Shown: positions 1 to 9,290 of the stretch, in pieces
How the letters are laid out: each line of letters begins with the position of its first letter
Numbering within the stretch: the first letter of the stretch is position 1
Source: Phycisphaerae bacterium
Lineage (GTDB): Bacteria > Planctomycetota > Phycisphaerae > UBA1845 > Fen-1342
Direction: 5' to 3'
DNA length: 55,842 nt
Assembly: GCA_046155505.1 (NCBI GenBank)
Contig: JBJXFK010000129.1
Coordinates: 1-55,842, forward strand
Made by a program: the position numbers and the translations under genes
The notes under the pieces: model-generated
Databases searched by the model: none
The model's input: the letters and a program-made list of their open reading frames with translations, nothing else
Told to the model about the DNA's origin: nothing

Positions 1-75
1 GTGCGAGTCAAAACGACAAGGCCCGGCGCATCGCGCCGGGCCTTTGTGTTTTCGCATTATCGACTCGCGCCGCGT

Positions 76-588
76 CTACTTCGTCTTGAAGTACACGTTC
101 GCCGTCTCGCTCTTGTCCGCCACGACCGACACCGAAATCATGTACTCGACTCCGGGCTTCAACTCGATGCCAGGCACGTCCTTCTTGTTGACATCCATAA
201 TTCGGAGCCAATCCGGCGGGCTGCCAAGGTCGTACTCCGTGTCCGGCTTCATCTGTGCTTCGGAATTGTTCACATCCTTGCTGATGATCACATACTCAGC
301 GAGATGCGAGTAATCGGCTTCCACCTTCTGGTGAATCTGCGCCTGCACCATCGTGATCCGCCCGAAATGCTTCGGATCGCTGAACGTGAACTTCAGCTTC
401 GGCTTGCACTCGATCGGGTCGCTGATGGTCAGCAGCGCGGGCTTCTTCATGATCTTTTCCTGGACCATGTCGCGCGAGCCTTCCTTGCCGTCGAGCATGA
501 TCGTCAGCGGGGCCGACGAGCAGCCCGTGCTCAGCAGCGACAGCGCCGCCGCGACGATCGTGGTCAGAGCCAACATCCGTGTCCTCAT
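76..588 (-). CDS. putative lipoprotein, function unknown
   Basis: ORF 76..672(-); internal Met gives MRTRMLALTTIVAAALSLLSTGCSS, a signal peptide plus lipobox; start set at codon 29 of the track ORF. Confidence 0.5.
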   Translation of the reverse strand: MRTRMLALTTIVAAALSLLSTGCSSAPLTIMLDGKEGSRDMVQEKIMKKPALLTISDPIECKPKLKFTFSDPKHFGRITMVQAQIHQKVEADYSHLAEYVIISKDVNNSEAQMKPDTEYDLGSPPDWLRIMDVNKKDVPGIELKPGVEYMISVSVVADKSETANVYFKTK

Positions 589-820
589 GCAATCTCCTTT
601 TTGTTTCGGAACGGCGCGCCATGCAAATTTGATCGGTGCAATCGACTCACACTTGTCGGCGAAGCGCGCCATGACGCCGACTCGCGTAGCTTAGCAAACC
701 TCGCTTGCGACGGGTAGCGCCCGCCGGCAATCGACGATCCGCCACCCCGCTGCCCTATCGGCGACGATCGCTCACAAAACGCACGGTTTTCTGAAACCCA
801 GCGCGGCGATATCCTCTCTC

Positions 821-1708
821 ATGCAACGCGCGGTCGCAGCCGCCGACCTGCGGGGAGCCGTTACCGTGTCGCCCGACCCAGATCGCCACCCACCCCCGGC
901 CTCACCGCCGGGGCAGCGCAAACTGCGCCTATCGGCGGTGCTCTCGGCGTTGCAGCAGGAAGTCGCAGACGGGTCGCGGCATTGCGCCGAAGGCGAGTTT
1001 GTCCAAATCGGCGGCGAAACCCGCGTTTCCACCGCCGCTGAATCCGCCACGGCAATCGCGACTGCTACCGAGGTGGCTGCTTCCGCCGAAACCACCGTAA
1101 CAACGTCAACCGTCACAACCCTGCCGTACAAACGCCGCCGGGCTCCGTCTGACGTGACCGTCGGCGAAATCGTCGACCGCACGCGCGAGGCGGGCTTTGG
1201 CTTCTTGATCGCCTTTCTCGCCGTCTGCTCGTTTCCGCTGCCCGGCCTGTCCGTCCCGTTCGGCGTGGCCATCGTCTTCATCGCATTTCAGATCGTTTTC
1301 GGCCTGCACCGACCTTGGCTACCGGCGTCGCTGCGCGGGCATCGCGTTTCGCTCAAGACGCTCGACTGGATCGGCAACACGCTCGCCCGCTGGACCTCGT
1401 GGATGGAGTATCTGGTCAAGCCGCGATTCGCCTTCATGACCCGCGGCATGCTCTGGTCGCTCTGCGGGCTGGGCATTTTGATCCTTGGTCTCGGCCTGTC
1501 GCTGCCGCTGCCGATTCCGTTCTCGAATCTGTTCTTTGCCATCCCGATCGTGCTCTACGCGATCGCGATTCTCGAAGCCGACGGGCTGCTGATCATGCTC
1601 ACGCACACGCTCACCCTCTGGCAATGTGTGTTCATCTATCGCATCTGGAACCAAATCGTCAGCCTGCTTCATGACATCCTCGAATACTTGCAGAGTTTTC
1701 TCGCGTAA
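821..1708 (+). CDS. ExoD-family (exopolysaccharide synthesis) membrane protein; true start uncertain (long low-complexity N-terminal extension)
   Basis: GFGFLIAFLAVCSFPLPGLSVPFGVAIVFIAFQIVFGLHRPWLP and following TM segments resemble the ExoD family. Confidence 0.5.
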   Translation: MQRAVAAADLRGAVTVSPDPDRHPPPASPPGQRKLRLSAVLSALQQEVADGSRHCAEGEFVQIGGETRVSTAAESATAIATATEVAASAETTVTTSTVTTLPYKRRRAPSDVTVGEIVDRTREAGFGFLIAFLAVCSFPLPGLSVPFGVAIVFIAFQIVFGLHRPWLPASLRGHRVSLKTLDWIGNTLARWTSWMEYLVKPRFAFMTRGMLWSLCGLGILILGLGLSLPLPIPFSNLFFAIPIVLYAIAILEADGLLIMLTHTLTLWQCVFIYRIWNQIVSLLHDILEYLQSFLA

Positions 1709-1777
1709 CCGATCGAATCGCCGGGCGCTGACAAACGCCCATTCCCCGGCTATGATCCGCGGGTCTGAAAAATCAAT

Positions 1778-1853
1778 GGAGGGTGTAGCTCAGCTGGCCA
1801 GAGCACGAGGTTGTGATCCTCGGGGTCGCGGGTTCGAGCCCCGTCATCCTCCC
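1778..1853 (+). tRNA. tRNA-His: tRNA-His (anticodon GTG)
   Basis: Cloverleaf readable by eye: 8-bp acceptor stem including G-1 (GGAGGGTG / CATCCTCC), anticodon loop TTGTGAT, T-arm GGTTCGAGCC, discriminator C, CCA not encoded; followed by a T7 run. Confidence 0.85.
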
Positions 1854-1955
1854 TTTTTTTCTCCCGCCGTCTCACATTGCGCAGCCATCTTCACAGCCGC
1901 AGTTCCGCCCCGTTCCGAAATTCCCTCGGTCCCTCTTCGTATGTCCGTTCCCTAT

Positions 1956-2032
1956 TTGCCCCTTGATCCCTTGACCCCTTGATCCCTCGATCCCTCTTTC
2001 TGTTCCCTGTTCCCCGTTCCCTCTCCACCGCT
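1956..2032. repeat. CT-rich octamer-repeat element (cccttgatc ... ctgttccctgttccccgttccc), copy 1, upstream of the DUF115 gene
   Basis: About 60 nt nearly identical to 19727..19800; both lie 40-120 nt upstream of a plus-strand start codon. Confidence 0.6.
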
Positions 2033-2043
2033 ACCATGCCCGC

Positions 2044-3963
2044 ATGGCCACGGAGGTCGCCGCAGTTTGCCCGCCGCAGTGGATTGAGCGCTACTGTCGT
2101 AACCTTGAATCGCTTTACTCGCGCGATACCCAACTCGCCGCCGTGATCGACGCGCTGCCGTTCGCCGCCCTGCCGCCGATCGAACTCGCCCGCGACGGCA
2201 GCCCGACGGCCCGCGCTACCGCCGACGACGGGCGCGAGGCATACCTGCACAGTCGTTACAACCCGCTCGAAGAAACCCGCAAGGCGATCGCCGCCCAGAA
2301 CAGCGGCGAGCATGTCACATTTTTCCTGCACGGCCTCGGCATCGGCTATCCGCTGCTCGCGCTCGAAGAGACCGGCGTGCAGCCCGTCATCTTCGTCCTC
2401 GAACCCGATCTGCGGCTGATCAAAGCCACGCTGCTCATTCATGATCTGGCCGAGATGATCGCCGACGGCCGCCTCGTGTTTTTCACCTCCGCCGACAAGT
2501 CGTTGCTCAGCGAACGGCTCAGCGCCTGCAACGCCGACCTGATGCTCGGTGTGCAGTCGATTTCGATGCCGATCGCGTCGCGCGTGAGCGGCGCGTTTCA
2601 CGAACAGGCGCGACGGGTGTTGCTCGACGTGCTGAGCGTCACCAAAACGCACATGATCACGCTGCTCAAAACCTCGCGCGTCACGTTCGAAAACGTGGCG
2701 ATGAATCTGCCGACATACCTGCGCGCGCCGGGCATCGAACCGTGGAAAGACCGCGCCGCGGGTTATCCGGCAATCATCGTCGCTGCGGGGCCGTCGCTGG
2801 CGCGAAATGTGACACAACTCGGCGAACTGCGCGACCGGGCGGTAATCATCAGCGTACAAACGATCTTCAAGCTGCTGCATTCGCTGCGCATCGCGCCGCA
2901 CTTTGTGACCAGCCTCGACTATCACGACGTCTCGACCGAATTTTTCCGCGGGCAAACTGACGTCGCGGGCGCGACGCTCATTGCCGAGCCGAAAGCCGCG
3001 TGGCGCGTGATCGATCTCTATCCCGGCGAGACGCAGCTCGTGCATCATCGCTACGCCGACTTGTTGCTGAAAGACGCCGCACCGCGCCGCGGCGAATTGC
3101 GACCGGGCAGCACCGTGGCCCAGCTCGCGCTCTATTTCGCCGACTATCTCGGCTGCGATCCCATCATCTTCGTCGGCCAGGATCTCGCCTTTAGCGACGG
3201 AATGTTCTACCTGCCCGGCAGTCCGGTCGAGCAAATCTGGCGGCCTGAGTTCAATCGCTTTCAGACGATCGAGATGAAGCAGTGGGAACGCATCGTGCGC
3301 AATCGCCCGATCCTGCGCAGCGTCAAAGACGTGCGCGGCGACGACGTCTACACCGACGACCTGCTCTTCACGTACCTCGAACAGTTTGAGCAGGACTTTG
3401 CCCGCTTGCCGCGACGCATCGTTCAGGCAAGCGAAGGCGGCGCGAATCTGCGCGGCTGCGAAATCATGCCGCTGCGCGAGGCGGCGTCGCGCTATTGCAC
3501 GCGCCGGCTGCCGAGTTCATGGATCGACATGACGACCAGCGCGACGACCGACATTTCGGCCGCAATTTCGCAACTCGAACGCCGCATCGCCGAAATCCGC
3601 GAAGCACGCGAGGTCTCCGCACAAACGCGCGAGATTTTGGAGAAGCTGACCACGCTCGTCGAATCGCCCAGTGACTTCAACCGCGTCGTCGGTCAGGTCG
3701 ACGCATTGCGTACACGCATGGCGCGGCTCAACGATGCGTACCAGCTCGTCTGCGAAGTGTCGGCCACGGCGCAGATTCGCCGCTATGGTGCCGATCGCCG
3801 CATCGGCAAGCAGTCGGAAGAAACGCCCGAGGTCGCGCGGCGTCGCATTCAGCGCGACGCCGAGTTTGTCGCATCCTTCATCGACGGCTGCGATTTCCTG
3901 CTGAAAGTTCTGCCGATCACGCTCGACCGCCTGCGCAGCGATCCGCGCGGGGGTGGGCGATGA
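2044..3963 (+). CDS. DUF115 / 6-hydroxymethylpterin diphosphokinase MptE-like (motility-accessory-factor Maf-like) protein, putative glycosyltransferase
   Basis: Central AIIVAAGPSL motif and surrounding region typical of the DUF115/Maf family; 639 aa. Confidence 0.55.
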   Translation: MATEVAAVCPPQWIERYCRNLESLYSRDTQLAAVIDALPFAALPPIELARDGSPTARATADDGREAYLHSRYNPLEETRKAIAAQNSGEHVTFFLHGLGIGYPLLALEETGVQPVIFVLEPDLRLIKATLLIHDLAEMIADGRLVFFTSADKSLLSERLSACNADLMLGVQSISMPIASRVSGAFHEQARRVLLDVLSVTKTHMITLLKTSRVTFENVAMNLPTYLRAPGIEPWKDRAAGYPAIIVAAGPSLARNVTQLGELRDRAVIISVQTIFKLLHSLRIAPHFVTSLDYHDVSTEFFRGQTDVAGATLIAEPKAAWRVIDLYPGETQLVHHRYADLLLKDAAPRRGELRPGSTVAQLALYFADYLGCDPIIFVGQDLAFSDGMFYLPGSPVEQIWRPEFNRFQTIEMKQWERIVRNRPILRSVKDVRGDDVYTDDLLFTYLEQFEQDFARLPRRIVQASEGGANLRGCEIMPLREAASRYCTRRLPSSWIDMTTSATTDISAAISQLERRIAEIREAREVSAQTREILEKLTTLVESPSDFNRVVGQVDALRTRMARLNDAYQLVCEVSATAQIRRYGADRRIGKQSEETPEVARRRIQRDAEFVASFIDGCDFLLKVLPITLDRLRSDPRGGGR

Positions 3964-5582
3964 AGATCGTCTCCGCCGTCTTCGCCGATTTTGCCGAGCC
4001 ATTCCTCGGCGGCGCGAGCGCGCTGGCGACGCCGATCGCCGGCGAATCGATCATCGTCCGCACGCTGCGACGACAAGCCGCGATCACGGAGTGCGACGAA
4101 CACTATCTCGTCGTGCGCCCGCGCGACGAAGCGCTCGCCCGCGCCGCGGTCGCCGCCGCATCGGTCGGCGACCGCATCACGGTCTTGCCGATCGACGACG
4201 GCAACCGCCCGCGCCGTGAATTGATCCGCGCCGCGCGCAAGTGGAGTCTTGATTCGTGGCGCGGCACACCGCTGGGCACGACGTGGTTCGACGAATACGT
4301 CGAGCCGCTGGCCGTCGCCCGCGTGCTCGACCATGCGCAGGCGTTCGCCGCTCTGTGTCTCGACGGCTGCATGCCGCTGCTCGATGTTGAAATCGCAAAC
4401 GGTATGGTCGCATACCAGCGCGAAAACGCCGACGAGGCCAAGTTTGTATTCACGCAGGCACCGCCGGGACTCGCGGGAATTGTCCTGCCGCGTGAGGTCA
4501 CGCGCGAATTGCTCGAAACGCAATCGATTCTTGGGCACCTGCTGACCTATCGCCCCGAAGCCCCGCGCATGGACCTGATCACCCGCGCCCCGTGCTTTCG
4601 CATCGCGGCCGAGCTTGCCCAAAACGTCGGTCGCGTCTGCGGCGACACGATCGCGTCGCGGCGATTTGTCGAAGCGGCTATCGCAGCGAATGTCGGCGAC
4701 GCAACACTCGCGTCGATCGCCGCACCGCGATCCAATGTCCCGGAGGAAGTCGAACTCGAATTGACGACGCGCGACCCGCTCGCAGACACAACGCTTCGCC
4801 CGCGCGGCGATCGCGTGCCGGGCCGCGAGTTGGTCGACATCGACGCCGTTGCGCGCATCGCCCGAGAGCTCGCCGCCGCGACTGACACGTCACGCCTCGT
4901 CCTCGCGGGCTGTGGCGATCCGCTGCTGCACCCGCAATTCGCCGAAACGCTTGCCGGCATTCGCGCGGCCGGCGTCTGCGCCGTATGCGTCACGACTCCG
5001 CTGGTCGAACTGACCGACCGCAATCTCGACGCCTTGCTTTCCGCTCGCGTCGATACCGTCGAAGTGTTGCTGGATGCCGACACGCCCGAAACCTACGCGG
5101 CGGTGCATCGCGCCGACCAGTTCGACCGCGTGCTCGCCAACATCGAGCGCATTCAGTCCGCCCGCCGCGAACTTCACTCGCCGTGGCCGATCGTCATCCC
5201 GTCGATCACCCGTTGCGCTGCGGCTTTTCGTGAGATTGAGCCGTTCTTTGACCGCTGGATCCGTGCGGTTGGTACCGCTGTCATTCGCGGCCACAGCCGA
5301 TATGGCGGAGCGATCGCTGCGGACGCACTGCCCGGCATGACGCCTCTGGTCCGCGGATCCTGCCGACGGCTCGATAATCGGCTAACGCTTTTAGCCGATG
5401 GTCGCGCGATCGCCTGCGATCAGGATGTCGCCGGCACGCTTTCGCTCGGCGATTGGCGGCGGCAATCGTTGTCCGAAATCTGGCACGCCACCGCCCGCAA
5501 GAATCTGTACCAAAGTCACAGACGTATGGACCTATCGGCGTATCCGGTCTGCGTTTCGTGTTCAGAATGGAACCGTGCCTAG
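3960..5582 (+). CDS. fusion protein: N-terminal nucleotidyl/cytidylyltransferase-like region plus radical-SAM-like core lacking CxxxCxxC plus C-terminal SPASM/twitch-like Cys motif
   Basis: ATGA overlap with the upstream DUF115 gene; LVLAGCGDPLLHP (GGEPLL-like SAM-binding motif); C-terminal IACDQD...YPVCVSCSEW; no N-terminal Cys triad seen. Confidence 0.45.
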   Translation: MKIVSAVFADFAEPFLGGASALATPIAGESIIVRTLRRQAAITECDEHYLVVRPRDEALARAAVAAASVGDRITVLPIDDGNRPRRELIRAARKWSLDSWRGTPLGTTWFDEYVEPLAVARVLDHAQAFAALCLDGCMPLLDVEIANGMVAYQRENADEAKFVFTQAPPGLAGIVLPREVTRELLETQSILGHLLTYRPEAPRMDLITRAPCFRIAAELAQNVGRVCGDTIASRRFVEAAIAANVGDATLASIAAPRSNVPEEVELELTTRDPLADTTLRPRGDRVPGRELVDIDAVARIARELAAATDTSRLVLAGCGDPLLHPQFAETLAGIRAAGVCAVCVTTPLVELTDRNLDALLSARVDTVEVLLDADTPETYAAVHRADQFDRVLANIERIQSARRELHSPWPIVIPSITRCAAAFREIEPFFDRWIRAVGTAVIRGHSRYGGAIAADALPGMTPLVRGSCRRLDNRLTLLADGRAIACDQDVAGTLSLGDWRRQSLSEIWHATARKNLYQSHRRMDLSAYPVCVSCSEWNRA

Positions 5583-5708
5583 CCGATGCTCCCAGTGTAG
5601 CGATCGGGCCTCCGTGCCCGACGCCCGGCTCGCGCAGCGCGCCCGAACGCGACGCGGAAGCGAGTGCCCCGAGCGCCAGCGAGTCCGAACGCGACTTCTG
5701 AGCCAAAG

Positions 5709-5736
5709 AAAGCAGCCGAGGGCGGCAGCTCCACAA
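5709..5736. repeat. 28-nt exact repeat aaagcagccgagggcggcagctccacaa (copy 1), preceded by a degenerate MITE-arm-like sequence
   Basis: Identical 28-mer at 55495..55522; upstream ccccgagcgccagcgag resembles the MITE TIR. Confidence 0.5.
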
Positions 5737-6069
5737 CGTCGCAAGTAAAGCAGTCGGGAACGGCAGCTCTCCGTTTGGTGGGTTCCCGGACGGTGCGACG
5801 GTGAGAATGTGAAGAACGTTCGCACAGAAAACACATTGCAATTGAATTTCACCTGTTCGCGTGTTACGCTCTTAGTGGCTTGGGTTGACAAGGCTGAGCG
5901 CTGGCCCAAGCCGAGAACCGTGACGACCGGCCTCATCCCGTTCATAATTTGGTCATTCGACGTATTGCTCAGCCGAGCGAGGTTTCACGACGTTTTCGGT
6001 GAGTGCGCACTCACGCGCTCGCCAGCTCGGGGTCTTGCGTACCGGTGGTGCGTGTGAACGAGGTGGGTT

Positions 6070-6375
6070 GTGGCAGACTTTGTGAAGTGCTCCTGTCCAG
6101 CGTGCGGCGTCAACTACAAGTTGCCGGTCGAGTTCCAGGGTCGTACGGCTCGCTGCAAGAAGTGCGGCGTGAAGTTCGAAGTGCCCAAGGATCGATCGGT
6201 CGAAGACAGCGTGCTCGACTGGCTCAGCGACGGCACGGACGAAGAGGCCGACACCGTCAGCCAGCCGAAAGTCGTCACCATGCCCAAGGAAAACTCCGAC
6301 CCGAACGCGCCAAAGAGCCGCACCGGCGGCGTGATCCGCTTCAAAGACGGACAAAACCCGCAGGCCGGGCACTAA
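6070..6375 (+). CDS. MJ0042-type zinc-ribbon protein
   Basis: CPACGVNYKLPVEFQGRTARCKKCGVKFEV double CxxC zinc ribbon followed by an acidic tail. Confidence 0.6.
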   Translation: MADFVKCSCPACGVNYKLPVEFQGRTARCKKCGVKFEVPKDRSVEDSVLDWLSDGTDEEADTVSQPKVVTMPKENSDPNAPKSRTGGVIRFKDGQNPQAGH

Positions 6376-6381
6376 CGGTTC

Positions 6382-6535
6382 GTGTCACGGGTTTCCAAAC
6401 CTGTGTCTACTCTGTGGGACGGGTTTCGATTTGTGGGACGGGTTTTCCAACCCGTCTTCCGTCGTTCGGGTTTCCCGCTGTGGGACGGGTTTCCCAACCC
6501 GTCTGCTGTAGTGCGGGTTTCCCAACCCGCACCCA
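6382..6535. repeat. tandem array of about 5 small hairpins with core GGGTTTCC(C)AACCCG
   Basis: cacgggtttccaaacctgtg; gacgggttttccaacccgtc; gacgggtttcccaacccgtc; gcgggtttcccaacccgc, each a stem-loop, head-to-tail over 150 nt. Confidence 0.6.
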
Positions 6536-6607
6536 CTCCTCACCTTCCAATAGAATCTCCCGCGGGCTCCGCCGCACTGCGACGTTTTGAAGCCCGAGGA
6601 GATTTCA

Positions 6608-6997
6608 ATGTGGCTCGCCCTCGGCGCGCTGAGTGGTTTTCTCGCCGTCGCGCTCGGCGCATTCGGCGCTCACGCGCTGAAAGACCGCCTCACGCCGGAC
6701 CTGCTCACCATCTACCAAACTGGCGCGCACTACCACCTCGCCCACGCCCTCGCGCTCTCCCTCGTCGGCATCGCCAGGCGAACGAAACCCGCGACCGCAC
6801 TCAGCGTCGCCGGCTGGGCATTCCTCATCGGCACCGTCATCTTCGCCGGCAGCCTCTACGCACTCGCCATCACCGGCATTCGCCAATTCGGCGCGATCAC
6901 CCCCATCGGCGGCGTCGCGTTCATGATTGGCTGGATCGCGCTCGCGATTGACGGCTTCTCGCGCCGATCGACCCAACCGGAGCAGCCGCATGCCTGA
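6608..6997 (+). CDS. DUF423 (YgdD-like) inner-membrane protein
   Basis: MWLALGALSGFLAVALGAFGAHALK... four TM helices typical of DUF423; start at the 2nd Met of the track ORF. Confidence 0.7.
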   Translation: MWLALGALSGFLAVALGAFGAHALKDRLTPDLLTIYQTGAHYHLAHALALSLVGIARRTKPATALSVAGWAFLIGTVIFAGSLYALAITGIRQFGAITPIGGVAFMIGWIALAIDGFSRRSTQPEQPHA

Positions 6998-8150
6998 TCC
7001 GTCCGCGCTGCAGGTGATCCACGTCGTCGCCCGCGACTCGCCGCGTGCACGGCTCGAACTTGCCCGCGACTTGCGCTCGCGCACGGACATCGCCCCGCAT
7101 CAATCCGTTTTGCATGTCGGCCTGGGAAAGACCGCCATCGACATGCGACCCAGCGTGCACGTCGGCGGCTTGCTCAAACTTGGTCGCTCTAGCACTGAAT
7201 CGCTCGATGCCGCACTCAAGCGCCACAGCCCAACCGTGCTTCACGTCTGGTCCGAATTGGCGCTCGCATGGGTCGTGCCCGTGGTTGCGGCGATGAGTGG
7301 CTATCCGGATCTGTCACGCGAACAACTCCCCAGCGTCGTGCTGGACTGCGACAGTATCCGCTCGGGCAAACGCATCGCGTGGGTGCGCGAGGAACTCGAC
7401 GAAAGTGCGTCGTTCGTGTGCAACTCGCAACGATTCTGGCAACACACCCGCGCCGCCGGCGCGCCGGAAGAATCGGTAGCGGTGATTCGCGACGGCGTCG
7501 ATTTCGCTGCGATCAACGAGGCCCGCGCCCGCGTCAATCGCGGCGCGCTCGACATTCCGAAATCTGCGCGCGTGATCGCGATCCTGCCGCCGATCGAGCG
7601 CGCCGCCGGCTCGTTTCTCGCCGGCTGGGCTGCGCTGCTGGTCGATCGGATGCGCAGCGACCTGGTCGTGCTCGTGCCCGGCAGCGGTCGCGAAATGGAA
7701 CGTGTGCGTCGCATCTTCGCGGCGTCTCATCGAAGCGCGATGCTATTTTTGCCCGGCGACCAGATGTCGCTCGCCGAAGTGCTCGCAATCGCCGACCTCG
7801 CACTTTTCCTGCCACCGCGCGATGAAAGCACGACTTCGCTCGCATCGGCGATGGCCAGCGGCGTGCCAATCGTCGCGACCGCGACGCCCGCGGTGACCGA
7901 GTTGCTGTCGCACTGCGCGAACGCGTTTCTGGCCCAGCCCGATAGCCCGAAAGACGCCGCCCGTCGCATCATGGAAGCGCTCGACAACGGCGAGCAATGC
8001 CGCACGCATGTCGAGCTTGCTCGCACGCAAGCATTCGCCGCGTTTAGCCGCCAAAGGATGTTCGAGCAGTACGCGCGGCTCTACAAGAATCTCGCGACGG
8101 ACGAGCCGGCAATTGCGGGAATTGACGATCCGGTTTTTGCGGGAGTGTGA
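6990..8150 (+). CDS. glycosyltransferase family 4 (GT4/GT1-like)
   Basis: C-terminal motif FLPPRDESTTSLASAMASGVPIVATATPAVTELL (E-x7-E-type GT4 signature); start overlaps the DUF423 stop by 8 nt. Confidence 0.7.
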   Translation: MPDPSALQVIHVVARDSPRARLELARDLRSRTDIAPHQSVLHVGLGKTAIDMRPSVHVGGLLKLGRSSTESLDAALKRHSPTVLHVWSELALAWVVPVVAAMSGYPDLSREQLPSVVLDCDSIRSGKRIAWVREELDESASFVCNSQRFWQHTRAAGAPEESVAVIRDGVDFAAINEARARVNRGALDIPKSARVIAILPPIERAAGSFLAGWAALLVDRMRSDLVVLVPGSGREMERVRRIFAASHRSAMLFLPGDQMSLAEVLAIADLALFLPPRDESTTSLASAMASGVPIVATATPAVTELLSHCANAFLAQPDSPKDAARRIMEALDNGEQCRTHVELARTQAFAAFSRQRMFEQYARLYKNLATDEPAIAGIDDPVFAGV

Positions 8151-8180
8151 GCACTGGAGTCTTTGCGCTGGGGGTGTGAG

Positions 8181-8267
8181 CGCTGGGGGGCCGGTCTCCG
8201 ACCGATCTTTCTTCAATTCGGATGCTGGAGAAAAAGAAAGACCGGTCAGAGACCGGTCCCCCAGCGC
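8181..8267. terminator. long imperfect hairpin (about 34-bp stem) between convergent genes; member of the gaccggtc hairpin repeat family
   Basis: gcgctggggggccggtctccgaccgatctttctt / aagaaagaccggtcagagaccggtcccccagcgc inverted repeat; second copy at 39668..39748. Confidence 0.5.
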
Positions 8268-8277
8268 ACGACTTCCG

Positions 8278-9099
8278 CTAACCCAGCGCCGCCCTAATCC
8301 TCGTCACAGTCTGCAACAACGGCTCCAACTGATCCAGCGGCCACACCGTTGCCGCGTCGCTCTTGGCCGCACTCGGATTGTCGTGTACTTCCAGGAATAG
8401 TGCGTCGATCCCCGCCGCGACCGCCGCGCGCGTGAGCAGCGGAATGAACTCGCGCGCCCCGCCGGTCGTGCTGCCGGTCGAGCCGGGGTGCTGCACTGAA
8501 TGGGTTGCGTCAAACACAACCGGCGCGAATCGCCGCATGACTTCGAGCGCGGTCATGTCGTTGATCAGCCGCTCATATCCAAACGTCGTCCCACGATCGG
8601 TCACCAAGACATTGCGATTGCCCGTCTCGCAGATTTTCTCAACCGCCAGGCCCATCTTTTCGGGCGCGAGGAACTGCCCCTTCTTCATATTCACGCACTT
8701 GCCGGTTTTGCCGCAGGCGATCAGCAAATCGGTCTGGCGACACAAAAACGCTGGGATTTGCAGGCAATCAAGCACCTCGCCCGCCGCCGCCGCCTGCCCG
8801 GGCTCGTGAACATCGCTGAGCGCGGGTACGCCGATCTCGCGCTTCACCTTCGCCAAGATGGCCAGCCCGCCGTCAAGCCCCGGCCCGCGATAAGAGTGAA
8901 TCGACGAGCGATTGGCCTTGTCGTAGCTGGCCTTGAAGCAGTACGGAATCTCCAGCCGCCGCGCGATCGCCGCGATCCGCTCGGCGAGCATGAGCGAGTG
9001 CGATTCCGACTCGATCACACACGGCCCGGCGATCAGCAGCAGCGGTTGACCCTTGCCGACGCGATGCGGCCCGACGTTGGATGCGGTAACAGGATTCAT
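8278..9099 (-). CDS. kdsA: 3-deoxy-8-phosphooctulonate synthase (KDO8P synthase)
   Basis: MNPVTASNVGPHRVGKGQPLLLIAGPCVIES...; C-terminal ...GIDALFLEVHDNPSAAKSDAATVWPL typical of KdsA; start at internal Met (codon 51 of the track ORF). Confidence 0.85.
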   Translation of the reverse strand: MNPVTASNVGPHRVGKGQPLLLIAGPCVIESESHSLMLAERIAAIARRLEIPYCFKASYDKANRSSIHSYRGPGLDGGLAILAKVKREIGVPALSDVHEPGQAAAAGEVLDCLQIPAFLCRQTDLLIACGKTGKCVNMKKGQFLAPEKMGLAVEKICETGNRNVLVTDRGTTFGYERLINDMTALEVMRRFAPVVFDATHSVQHPGSTGSTTGGAREFIPLLTRAAVAAGIDALFLEVHDNPSAAKSDAATVWPLDQLEPLLQTVTRIRAALG

Positions 9100-9225
9100 A
9101 GCGCTCACTGTAACGCGACTCACCGTGAAATTCCCTGTGAATGCCCGGAGGTCGATATGCCGATCGGCAGATAGCGTTCTCGCACTACGTACGTTGCGTA
9201 CCGCTGATCGATGCTGTTTCCGATC

Positions 9226-9246
9226 CGTAGGGTGGGCACCGCCCAC
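9226..9246. repeat. REP-like palindromic element (variant, reverse orientation)
   Basis: cgtagggtgggcaccgcccacc. Confidence 0.6.
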
Positions 9247-9290
9247 CAACTACTCGGTCAATGGTCCCGCGCGAGCGAGCCAAAAGAGCC

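Noticed and set aside
1-717. 238-aa plus-strand ORF at the window start
   Set aside because: Antisense to the lipoprotein gene; His/Arg/Leu-rich junk translation.
1778-2043. tRNA-His as an integration site for a genomic island (integrase search)
   Set aside because: No integrase, recombinase or att-like direct repeat of the tRNA 3' end was found downstream; the DUF115 module may still be accessory, but there is no mobile-element evidence.
1891-3234. 447-aa ORF on the minus strand opposite the DUF115 gene. Similar long antisense ORFs lie opposite the flotillin gene (13163..14554), lepA (25054..26259), the ALDH gene (29173..30318), ndh (36905..38101), the ABC exporter (32545..33417) and trkH (43700..45013).
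   Set aside because: These are typical high-GC shadow ORFs: Arg/Ala/Gly-rich, low-complexity, with no motifs, overlapping well-supported genes on the other strand.
5809-6057. 82-aa ORF in the lower-GC intergenic stretch
   Set aside because: No SD, no domain, and it sits in a repeat- and palindrome-rich non-coding region; more likely non-coding.
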